From positions 9,712-73,711 of the forward strand of contig JABDFG010000005.1 of NCBI GenBank assembly GCA_013286655.1: a stretch of DNA of 64,000 nucleotides, in the 5' to 3' direction. The notes under the pieces were generated by a model. The model was not told the DNA's origin. It saw only the letters and a program-made list of their open reading frames with translations, and searched no databases. Shown in pieces: positions 47,501 through 55,668 of this stretch. The position numbers and the translations under genes are program-made. Within the stretch, counting starts at the first letter, position 1, and each line of letters begins with the position of its first letter. This DNA is from Bacteroidota bacterium. Its GTDB lineage: Bacteria > Bacteroidota > Bacteroidia > JABDFU01.

Positions 47501-47908
47501 CTCATCAAAAAATCTACTGATCTGTTTAATAAATTCTCCAGGAGCTGCGCAGGGTTTATTCGTAGAACGATTAACAAATACAAGTGTGGTTTCACCGGTG
47601 TTTAGTTTTGCACCTTCTGCATTATAAATTTCGTAAAAGAATTTCAGGCGGGCCTGAGGTATTTCTTTTATTGTCGTTTGAATGGTCAGCAAATCATCAT
47701 AAAAGGCGGGTTTAAAAAATTTAATGGAATAATCCAGTACCGGCAAAAGTATTCCGCTATCTTCTAAAGCACGGTAACTGGAGCCTAATTGCCGCAAAGC
47801 TTCTACCCGCCCCACTTCATAATATTGTGCATAATTACCATAATATACATAACCCATGCGATCGGTTTCGGCATAACGCACTCGAATTGTTGTTTCAGAA
47901 ACATACAT
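47480..47908 (-). CDS. Acyl-CoA thioesterase, 4HBT/YbgC family
   Basis: 142 aa. IRVRYAETDRMGYVYYGNYAQYYEVGR is the hotdog-fold catalytic Asp motif. Confidence 0.85.
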   Translation of the reverse strand: MYVSETTIRVRYAETDRMGYVYYGNYAQYYEVGRVEALRQLGSSYRALEDSGILLPVLDYSIKFFKPAFYDDLLTIQTTIKEIPQARLKFFYEIYNAEGAKLNTGETTLVFVNRSTNKPCAAPGEFIKQISRFFDERIANSQ

Positions 47909-48342
47909 ACTTTACCAGATAAAATACAGGTGCTTAAATTAGAAATTTATCTTTATTCATGTTGATTTTAAAAAAAATTTAGCAAATAAAAAAAATACCC
48001 GATTAAAGTTTTGTTGTAACGAATAAATTACTATTATTGCACCCCGTTTGAAGTCGACAAGGGCTAAAAGCTTTCATTGACGAGAGTTTCAGAAGATAAG
48101 TAAAAAATGTAAGACTACAAAGAAAATGCGTTCTTTTATTTTTGTTGAATTAAAAAAATGTCTGAAATACGGTTTCGCATCGCCTGGAAAATTTTTCAAA
48201 AAAGCAAGCCCGAAAAAAAAAATTAATTTTTTTTTGTTTAAACATTATAACGCGAATCTGATTTCTTGTTATATATTTATGAAATCATTTTCAAATCTGA
48301 AAGACTACAATTTTAACTCACTATAATTACTGATTTTTTTGA

Positions 48343-49776
48343 ATGGAAAAAGAAAAAGATTACGCAAAGGTTTGGGTAAACTGCCTGGAAATTATAAAAG
48401 ATAATGTTAGTTCTCAAAGTTTCAAAACATGGTTCGAGCCCATTAAACCAGTTAAGCTGAGTGCGAATGTTTTAACAATTCAGGTTCCCAGCCAGTTTTT
48501 TTATGAATGGATTGAAGAACATTATATTACTTTAATTAAAAAAACGGTACGGAAAGAATTAGGTGCGGAAGGACGTCTGGAGTACTCCATCATCATGGAG
48601 AACACTTACAACGCAAAACCCTATACAGTTAAAATACCTACTGTCAATAAGAGAGAACTTAAGAACCCTTCTGTTTCCATGCCCATTGATACCGGTAATG
48701 CGGGTATCCGTAATCCATTTATTATTCCGGGGCTGAAAAAAGTGAATGTCGAGTCTCAGCTGAATCCTAATTACGCATTTGAAACTTTTATTGAGGGGGA
48801 TTGCAACCGCCTTGCAAGGTCTGCAGGAGGTGCTGTATCGAAAAAACCGGGAGGAACGGCTTTCAATCCTCTCCTTATATATGGTGGTGTCGGACTTGGC
48901 AAAACGCATCTTGCCCAAGCCATCGGTATTGAAATAAAGAAAGAGTTTCCTGGCAAAACGGTATTGTATGTGACTTCTGAAAAATTTACGGTACAGTTTA
49001 TAGATGCTATCAAAAACAATAATACCAATGATTTCATGCATTTTTATCAAATGATAGATGTACTGATCATTGATGATGTGCAGTTCTTTGCAGGTAAGGA
49101 TAAAACCCAGGATGCTTTTTTTCATATTTTTAATCATCTGCACCAGAACGGAAAACAAGTTGTACTGACTTCTGATAAACCTCCTGTGGAAATGCAGGGA
49201 ATGGAACAGCGTTTATTGTCTCGCTTTAAATGGGGCTTGTCCGCCGATCTTCAGGTGCCAGGCTTAGAAACACGTATCGCCATACTTGAAAAGAAAATGT
49301 ATGCTGACGGGGTCGAGTTGCCCAAAGAAGTATTGGAATACCTTGCTTATAGCATTACTACCAATATCCGTGAACTGGAAGGCGCTTATATTTCCCTGCT
49401 TGCTCAATCGTCTATGAATAAAAAGGCCATTACACTTGAACTGGCCAAACAGATGATTGATAAATTTGTGAAAAATACGGCGCGTGAAGTATCCATTGAC
49501 TATATCCAGAAGGTTGTTTGTGATTACTTCGATCTTCCGATGGATCTGCTGAAATCGAAAACACGTAAACGTGAAGTGGTACAAGCCCGTCAAATTGCCA
49601 TGTTCTTCGCTAAAAATATGACTAAATCATCCCTTGCTACAATTGGTATGCACTGTGGGGGAAAAGATCATGCAACTGTGTTACACGCCTGTCGTACCGT
49701 AAATAACCTCATGGATACCGACAAGCGGTTCAAGAACTACATATCCGAATTGGAGAAGAAAATATCTCTCCAATAA
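48343..49776 (+). CDS. dnaA: Chromosomal replication initiator protein DnaA
   Basis: 477 aa. Walker A GGVGLGKTHL, box VII, and C-terminal domain IV (KTRKREVVQARQIAMFF...GGKDHATVLHA). Confidence 0.97.
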   Translation: MEKEKDYAKVWVNCLEIIKDNVSSQSFKTWFEPIKPVKLSANVLTIQVPSQFFYEWIEEHYITLIKKTVRKELGAEGRLEYSIIMENTYNAKPYTVKIPTVNKRELKNPSVSMPIDTGNAGIRNPFIIPGLKKVNVESQLNPNYAFETFIEGDCNRLARSAGGAVSKKPGGTAFNPLLIYGGVGLGKTHLAQAIGIEIKKEFPGKTVLYVTSEKFTVQFIDAIKNNNTNDFMHFYQMIDVLIIDDVQFFAGKDKTQDAFFHIFNHLHQNGKQVVLTSDKPPVEMQGMEQRLLSRFKWGLSADLQVPGLETRIAILEKKMYADGVELPKEVLEYLAYSITTNIRELEGAYISLLAQSSMNKKAITLELAKQMIDKFVKNTAREVSIDYIQKVVCDYFDLPMDLLKSKTRKREVVQARQIAMFFAKNMTKSSLATIGMHCGGKDHATVLHACRTVNNLMDTDKRFKNYISELEKKISLQ

Positions 49777-49800
49777 GTTTAAGACATTTTTTATTGCAAA

Positions 49801-49826
49801 AAGGCGCTATTTTGCGCCTTTTTTGT
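49801..49826 (+). terminator. Rho-independent terminator after dnaA
   Basis: AAGGCGC-TATTTT-GCGCCTT followed by TTTTG. Confidence 0.7.
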
Positions 49827-49940
49827 TAAATCTACAAGAAAACAGTGTAATTAACTTGCAGGTATGGAAATTCCCAATAAATTTATGGTGTATTATGGAG
49901 CGGACTATTTCATCATGCCATCTTATAAATCATAAATCAC

Positions 49941-50984
49941 ATGCTAAACATTGTAATTTTCGGACCTCCGGGTGCTGGTAAAGGAACTCAATCAGCCAGG
50001 CTCATTGAGAAATATCATCTTTTACATCTTTCCACCGGTGATATTTTGCGCGGGGAAATTGCCTCGGGCTCTATACTCGGCCAGGAAGCTAAATTACTGA
50101 TGGATCAGGGAATGCTGGTGCCGGATGAAATTGTCATTACCATGATTAATAACAAGCTACAGCAGAACGCTCATGCTAATGGGTTTGTTTTTGATGGTTT
50201 TCCCCGTACGACTGCTCAGGCCGAAGCGCTCGACAGATTACTGAATGCAAAAAAAATGGGGATTACCCTGACGTTGGCTCTTGATATCAGCAATGAGGAA
50301 CTAATCAAACGAATTTTACAAAGAGGTGAAGAACTTGGTCGTACGGATGACCAGGAGATTAGCACTATACGTAACCGAATAGCCGAATATGCCAACAAAA
50401 CCGCTCCGCTGAAGGATTATTATAAGAAACAACGTAAATTTTATTCTGTAAGTGGTGTCGGTACCATTGATGAAATATTCAACTCTCTTTGCAATACGAT
50501 TGATTCCAATTATCACCCGGAACAAACAAACGGTTTTCCTTCCATTGAAGAAAAAAATTTCCCCAGTGCCGGTGTCAAGAGTCCTCTGCCAATGGAATCA
50601 GAAAAAGTGAAAGTAGCACCTGCTATCCGAAAAGAAACTCATCAAGAGAAGGAAGTTGAAAAAATAACGAATACTATAGCTGTGCAGAAGAAAACTGCAA
50701 AGCCACTTCCTAAAAAGAAGGCCGCGAAACCACTTCCTAAAAAGAAAACTGCAAAATCACTTCCTAAAAAGAAAACTGCAAAATCACTTCCTAAAAAGAA
50801 AGCCGCAAAATCACTTCCTAAGAAGAAAGTTGCAAAATCACTTCCCAAAAAGAAGGCTGCGAAATCACTTCCTAAGAAAAAAGCTGCAAAAAGTAATGTG
50901 CTAAAAAAAATAAATTCTAAAAAGAAAAACGTAAAAAAAGCCACTCTTAAAAAGGTTGCGGGAAAGAAAAAATCAAGACGATAA
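49941..50984 (+). CDS. adk: Adenylate kinase (short-lid type) fused to a ~155-aa lysine-rich repeat tail
   Basis: Residues 1 to about 190 are canonical Adk (IVIFGPPGAGKGTQ, LSTGDILR, GFVFDGFPRT, RTDD). They are followed by a linker and (T/A/V)AK(P/S)LPKKK x7 plus further K-rich sequence. A typical Adk is about 190-215 aa. Confidence 0.9.
   Translation: MLNIVIFGPPGAGKGTQSARLIEKYHLLHLSTGDILRGEIASGSILGQEAKLLMDQGMLVPDEIVITMINNKLQQNAHANGFVFDGFPRTTAQAEALDRLLNAKKMGITLTLALDISNEELIKRILQRGEELGRTDDQEISTIRNRIAEYANKTAPLKDYYKKQRKFYSVSGVGTIDEIFNSLCNTIDSNYHPEQTNGFPSIEEKNFPSAGVKSPLPMESEKVKVAPAIRKETHQEKEVEKITNTIAVQKKTAKPLPKKKAAKPLPKKKTAKSLPKKKTAKSLPKKKAAKSLPKKKVAKSLPKKKAAKSLPKKKAAKSNVLKKINSKKKNVKKATLKKVAGKKKSRR
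50694..50909 (+). repeat. Seven in-frame 27-nt tandem repeats (plus one degenerate) encoding xAK(P/S)LPKKK
   Basis: Units at 50694, 50721, 50748, 50775, 50802, 50829 and 50856, with a degenerate eighth at 50883. Read directly, with codon phase checked against the adk start. Confidence 0.9.
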
Positions 50985-50987
50985 GAA

Positions 50988-51998
50988 GTGGCCGATTCAA
51001 ACTTTGTTGATTACGTAAAAATTTGTTGTAAGAGTGGTAAGGGTGGCGGAGGTTCTGTACATTTTTTACGAACTAAAAAAACTTCCAAGGGTGGACCCGA
51101 CGGAGGGAACGGAGGCAGGGGCGGCCATATCATTTTAAAGGGCAATAAACAGCTCTGGACTTTACTTCACCTGAAATACCGTAAGCACATCATGGCTCCG
51201 GACGGGGATAATGGAAGACGCTCTCTGCAAACAGGCGCCGATGGTGAGGATCAAATACTGGAAGTTCCGCTTGGTACCATTGCCCGAAATGTAAGAACGG
51301 GTGAGGTTTTATTTGAAATAACGGAAGATGGCGAGGAGCAAATTTTATTGAAAGGTGGCCGGGGCGGATTAGGCAATGACCATTTTAAAAGTCCGACCAG
51401 ACAAGCTCCCCGGTTTTCACAGCCCGGAGAACCCGCTTTAGAAGAATGGATTATCCTGGAATTAAAAATTCTCGCAGACGTCGGTCTCGTTGGTTTTCCG
51501 AATGCCGGAAAATCCACCTTGCTTTCGGTAGTATCTGCTGCGAAACCAGAAATTGCGGATTATCCTTTTACAACGCTTGTTCCTAACCTTGGAATAATCA
51601 AGTACCGGGATTACAAGTCATTTGTAATGGCAGATATTCCAGGTATTATTGAAGGGGCTCACGAAGGGAAAGGCCTTGGACTCCGGTTTTTACGGCACAT
51701 CGAACGAAACTCTATTTTACTATTTCTTGTACCGGCTGATACAAAAGATATTCTGAAGGAATACAAGATACTCGTCAACGAGCTGAAACAATTCAATCCG
51801 GACCTCCTTGACAAACAACGTGTACTGGGTATTTCAAAGACTGATCTGATGGACGAAGAACTCATGGAACTTACCAAAAAAGATTTCAATAAGCGTTTCC
51901 GTGAAAAAAAGACCGTGCCGGTAGTGTTTTTTTCATCGCATGCCGAAAAGGGAATAAAAGAATTGAAGGATGTGTTGTGGAAACAGATAAATTGTTAA
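50988..51998 (+). CDS. obgE: GTPase ObgE/CgtA
   Basis: [21 protein letters not shown], a glycine-rich Obg fold, and the G-domain [12 protein letters not shown] start, 3 nt after the adk stop. Confidence 0.95.
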   Translation: MADSNFVDYVKICCKSGKGGGGSVHFLRTKKTSKGGPDGGNGGRGGHIILKGNKQLWTLLHLKYRKHIMAPDGDNGRRSLQTGADGEDQILEVPLGTIARNVRTGEVLFEITEDGEEQILLKGGRGGLGNDHFKSPTRQAPRFSQPGEPALEEWIILELKILADVGLVGFPNAGKSTLLSVVSAAKPEIADYPFTTLVPNLGIIKYRDYKSFVMADIPGIIEGAHEGKGLGLRFLRHIERNSILLFLVPADTKDILKEYKILVNELKQFNPDLLDKQRVLGISKTDLMDEELMELTKKDFNKRFREKKTVPVVFFSSHAEKGIKELKDVLWKQINC

Positions 51999-52007
51999 AC
52001 TTATTTT

Positions 52008-52580
52008 GTGCTCGAATTTTTCAAACATATCGACACTTCCCTATTCCTGTATCTGAACGGTAAACACAATGGATTTTGGGATGTCGTGATGTACTGGACA
52101 TCCAAAGAATACACCTGGCTTCCCCTTTATTTCTTTCTGCTTTATTTAGTTTATAAAAAACAACCGGAACAGACTTTATCCGTTTTGTTATCAGTCGGAA
52201 TTTTAATTACATTGAGCGACCAGCTTTCTGTTCATTTATTTAAAAATTTTTTTTTAAGGTACCGGCCTTCCCATAATTTACTCATTCAGTCCCTTGTCCA
52301 CACGGTTAAAGGCTATCGCGGAGGGATGTACGGATTTGTATCTTCTCATGCTTCGAATACGTTTGCATTGGCTACATTCATGGGCTTACGGTTAAACAAG
52401 TATTACAAATACATAGCTACCTGTTTACTTGTCTGGGCCTGTTTTGTTTCGTACAGCCGGATATATCTGGGCGTCCATTACCCCGCCGATGTTGCTGCGG
52501 GAGCCTTATTAGGAATAATTCTGGCACTTTTAGTTGACAAATTATACCTTTATCTCGCGAACAAAATAAGTTCCACATGA
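52008..52580 (+). CDS. PAP2-family phosphatase (undecaprenyl-diphosphatase/lipid phosphatase type)
   Basis: 190 aa, multi-TM. Motifs RYRPSH, SSHASN and SRIYLGVHYPADV. Confidence 0.85.
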   Translation: MLEFFKHIDTSLFLYLNGKHNGFWDVVMYWTSKEYTWLPLYFFLLYLVYKKQPEQTLSVLLSVGILITLSDQLSVHLFKNFFLRYRPSHNLLIQSLVHTVKGYRGGMYGFVSSHASNTFALATFMGLRLNKYYKYIATCLLVWACFVSYSRIYLGVHYPADVAAGALLGIILALLVDKLYLYLANKISST

Positions 52581-52948
52581 ACAATATTTTATCTGTATTT
52601 ATAGGAGGAGGCCTGGGGAGCCTCGCCCGCTATGGTATTGCAAGTTCTTTAGGTCTTCTGGCAGCTCGTTTAAAATTCAACTTCCCCCTGGCTACCTTGT
52701 GCTCTAACGTATTAAGCTGTACTTTACTGGCAATTACGGTAAGTGTTCTTAGTAGTAAAACGGATATTAGCCCTACCTGGAGAATGCTTATCGTTACCGG
52801 ATTTTGCGGAGGATTCAGCACATTCTCTGCTTTCAGTTATGAAACCCTTGATCTTATGCGAAATGATTATTGGCTGACTGCTTTCCTGAATGTTTTCATT
52901 AGTATTTCTGTCTGTTTTTCTTTGATTTATTTTATCACAAAAAACTGA
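52577..52948 (+). CDS. crcB: Fluoride ion channel CrcB/FluC
   Basis: 123 aa, 4 TM. GGGLGSLARY and GFCGGFSTFSAFS motifs. It overlaps the PAP2 gene by 4 nt. Confidence 0.9.
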   Translation: MNNILSVFIGGGLGSLARYGIASSLGLLAARLKFNFPLATLCSNVLSCTLLAITVSVLSSKTDISPTWRMLIVTGFCGGFSTFSAFSYETLDLMRNDYWLTAFLNVFISISVCFSLIYFITKN

Positions 52949-52952
52949 AACC

Positions 52953-54608
52953 TTGATCCGTTTTCTTTCTCTTAACAGGGTATTCCTGATCGTCTTCCAA
53001 TTAATGATTGGCTGTTTTCTTTCGTCCTCTTATATGCTTTTTGCCCAACAACCTAAACTGGTTGTTGGGATCGTTGTTGATCAAATGCGTTATGATTATA
53101 TTGATCGTTATTGGGAAAAATTTGGAAACGAGGGTTTTAAACGTTTAGTCAAAGAAGGATTCTTCTGTAAGAATACTCATTATAATTATGTCCCCACCTA
53201 TACAGCACCGGGTCATGCCTCCGTCTATACCGGTACAAGTCCTTCTGTGCATGGAATCATTGCCAATAACTGGTTTGACAAAGAAACGAACACTTTTGTT
53301 TATTGTACAGAAGATAAAACCGTTAGCGCAATTGGCGGAAGTGAAAAATCGGGGCAAATGTCTCCGGAGCGATTATTTACGACGACGCTTGGTGACCAAT
53401 TAAAGTTATCGGATAATTTTCAGTCAAAAGTTATCGGCATTGCTCTTAAAGACCGCGGAGCTATCCTGCCAGCTGGCCATAGTGCTGATGCGGCATATTG
53501 GTATGATGGCATCACAGGTAACTGGATGAGCAGCACCTTTTATTTGAAAGAATTACCTGAGTGGGTAAAGGAATTTAATAAACGGGAGTTGCCCAGGCAT
53601 TACCTGGAAAATACCTGGAACACGCTTTTACCCCTTGAACAGTATTCGGAAAGCACAAAGGATGATAATCCTTATGAAAAGCTGTATGCAGGTCTCAGCA
53701 GACCCGTGTTTCCGTATAATTTGAAAGATCTTATGCCGGCCAATGAGCAGTTAAATTTGTTGCGGAGCACACCCTTCGGAAATAGCATAACCAAAGACTT
53801 TGCCATAGCAACCATTAAGTCCGAAAACATGGGTAAAGGTAACTCGACAGATCTTCTTGCTATCAGTTTTTCTTCTACGGATTATATTGGCCACCAATTT
53901 GGTCCTAATTCCATTGAGACAGAGGATGCTTATTTGCGACTGGATAGGGATCTGGCAGAATTGTTAAAATTTCTGGATGAATGGGTTGGAAGGGATCAGG
54001 TGCTTTTATTTTTAACGGCGGATCATGGAGCTGCTGAGAACGCCACATTTCTTAGAGAGCACCGTATTCCCGCAGGCAGTTTTAATGACGCCCAATTGAT
54101 AAAAAAAACAAAATCATTTTTATATGCTATGTATCACGATAGCCTGGTTTTATCCGTATCCAATCAACAAGTGTTTCTTAATCATACGATGATCGCTGAG
54201 CAAAAACTAAAAATGGAAGATGTGGAAAACACCCTGGTCGATTTTTTGCTGAAAGAAAAGGGGGTTGAAAATGTATTTACTTCTTTCAACATTACTAACT
54301 GGGGAATGACGGAAGGTTTAAAAGCCAGAATACAAAATGGATTTAATCAAAAACGTTCGGGTGATCTGATGATTAATTATTTTCCTTACTGGACGGATAA
54401 TCAATCAACGACAGGAACTACGCATGGCTCACCTTATGAATATGATACGCATGTTCCCCTGATTTTTTACGGGAATGGCATTAAGACTGGCAGCACCAAT
54501 GATCCGATTGATATTACGGATATCGCAACCACTATTTGCAACTTGCTGAATATTCAGGAACCGAATGGGTGTTCTGGAAAAGTGATTAATGAATTAAAAA
54601 ATCGTTGA
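52953..54608 (+). CDS. Alkaline-phosphatase-superfamily phosphatase (NPP/PafA-like)
   Basis: VVGIVVDQMRYDY, PTYTAPGHASVYTG (Thr nucleophile region), and later TADHG. The start is TTG 52953 or ATG 53004. Confidence 0.8.
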   Translation: MIRFLSLNRVFLIVFQLMIGCFLSSSYMLFAQQPKLVVGIVVDQMRYDYIDRYWEKFGNEGFKRLVKEGFFCKNTHYNYVPTYTAPGHASVYTGTSPSVHGIIANNWFDKETNTFVYCTEDKTVSAIGGSEKSGQMSPERLFTTTLGDQLKLSDNFQSKVIGIALKDRGAILPAGHSADAAYWYDGITGNWMSSTFYLKELPEWVKEFNKRELPRHYLENTWNTLLPLEQYSESTKDDNPYEKLYAGLSRPVFPYNLKDLMPANEQLNLLRSTPFGNSITKDFAIATIKSENMGKGNSTDLLAISFSSTDYIGHQFGPNSIETEDAYLRLDRDLAELLKFLDEWVGRDQVLLFLTADHGAAENATFLREHRIPAGSFNDAQLIKKTKSFLYAMYHDSLVLSVSNQQVFLNHTMIAEQKLKMEDVENTLVDFLLKEKGVENVFTSFNITNWGMTEGLKARIQNGFNQKRSGDLMINYFPYWTDNQSTTGTTHGSPYEYDTHVPLIFYGNGIKTGSTNDPIDITDIATTICNLLNIQEPNGCSGKVINELKNR

Positions 54609-54663
54609 ATTCCAAAATTATTGATTCCTATAATTGAGTTCTTTTTAAGTACGTTGAGAATTT

Positions 54664-55617
54664 CTATTTATCCAATTTTTTTCCGTTCTCTTTCTCCCGC
54701 TCTATTCCATCCAATTGACTCATGGCCATTAATTGGCGTACGCTTTTTTGCATTCCATCGGGCGAGCCGTCGATAAATATGACATTTCCTTCTCCTGCTT
54801 CTGCGAAATTCTTAATGGCTTCGGTCCACATACTGAACATGATCATCGATGCGTCCAGATTTACCTGCTGCATTTCTTTCGCGGCATTGCTCATCCCTTT
54901 GGCTACTTCTTCCCGGAACAGGGCTACTCCTTGTCCCCGCAATTGGGCTGCTTCCCGTTCAGCACTTGCAGAAATCTTAATGGCATTCCCTTCCGCTTCG
55001 GCAGCTTTTGTTTTTGTGATTAACAGTGCCTGTCCTTCGTTCTCGGCCGCCGCTTTTAAATTGTTCGATGCCACTACCCGCGACATGGAGGTCATAATGG
55101 CTTCATCAAATGTAATATCGTTCAATTGCAGGTCGATCAGGTGATAGCCCCATGATTCCAGGGTATGATCAATGTGTTGCTTTACATCTTCTACCAGGTC
55201 TCTGCGCAGGGATAGTATTTCCGCTTGTTTCTTGGTAGCCACGAAACCACGTATGGATCCTTCCACTGTCCGGATAAGGGCCTGCATAAGGCTACGGTCA
55301 TCTACAAATTTAAAGGCGACGTTTACGATTGTTTCTTCTTTCTGATCAATTACAGCATAGAGCAACATGGCTTTAAAGTAAACATTGGCCTGATCAATGG
55401 TGACGGCCTGGAAGTCCAGTTCGACTGAACGGTTCTGAATGGATACCCGTTTGTATATTTGTTCGATGAGCGGTAATTTAAAATTTAAACCGGGTGCTAG
55501 AATCCGACGGTACTTACCAAAGACCGTAATGACTGCAATGAATCCTTGTTGAACTGTTACAAAACTGGAGAACAGTATAATCAGGATTAAAGCGAGGAGA
55601 ATGTAACTTGCATACAT
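54664..55617 (-). CDS. SPFH/band-7 (stomatin/prohibitin-like) membrane protein
   Basis: 317 aa with an N-terminal TM, an SPFH core (V.QG..AV...FGKY.R.L.PGLNF..P) and an Ala/Glu-rich coiled-coil tail. Confidence 0.85.
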   Translation of the reverse strand: MYASYILLALILIILFSSFVTVQQGFIAVITVFGKYRRILAPGLNFKLPLIEQIYKRVSIQNRSVELDFQAVTIDQANVYFKAMLLYAVIDQKEETIVNVAFKFVDDRSLMQALIRTVEGSIRGFVATKKQAEILSLRRDLVEDVKQHIDHTLESWGYHLIDLQLNDITFDEAIMTSMSRVVASNNLKAAAENEGQALLITKTKAAEAEGNAIKISASAEREAAQLRGQGVALFREEVAKGMSNAAKEMQQVNLDASMIMFSMWTEAIKNFAEAGEGNVIFIDGSPDGMQKSVRQLMAMSQLDGIEREKENGKKLDK

Positions 55618-55668
55618 AAGGTACTGTATTAGTTGGGATGAAATTAGTAAAAAAGCGGGATATCCGCC

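Noticed and set aside
47909-48342. 434-nt AT-rich region upstream of dnaA as oriC, including the 66-aa ORF at 48126-48326
   Set aside because: By eye I found no TTATCCACA-type DnaA boxes, only poly-A/T tracts. Bacteroidota origins are often not adjacent to dnaA. The 66-aa ORF is low-complexity and K/F-rich and is probably spurious. A DnaA-box PWM scan and GC-skew analysis would be needed to settle this.
50642-50944. 100-aa minus-strand ORF (FFLGSDFAAFFLGSDFA...)
   Set aside because: It is the antisense reading of the adk lysine-rich 27-nt repeats and lies within a supported CDS.
52577-52948. Fluoride riboswitch upstream of crcB
   Set aside because: crcB overlaps the preceding PAP2 gene by 4 nt, and only 9 nt separate obgE from the PAP2 gene, so there is no room for the roughly 60-nt crcB motif.
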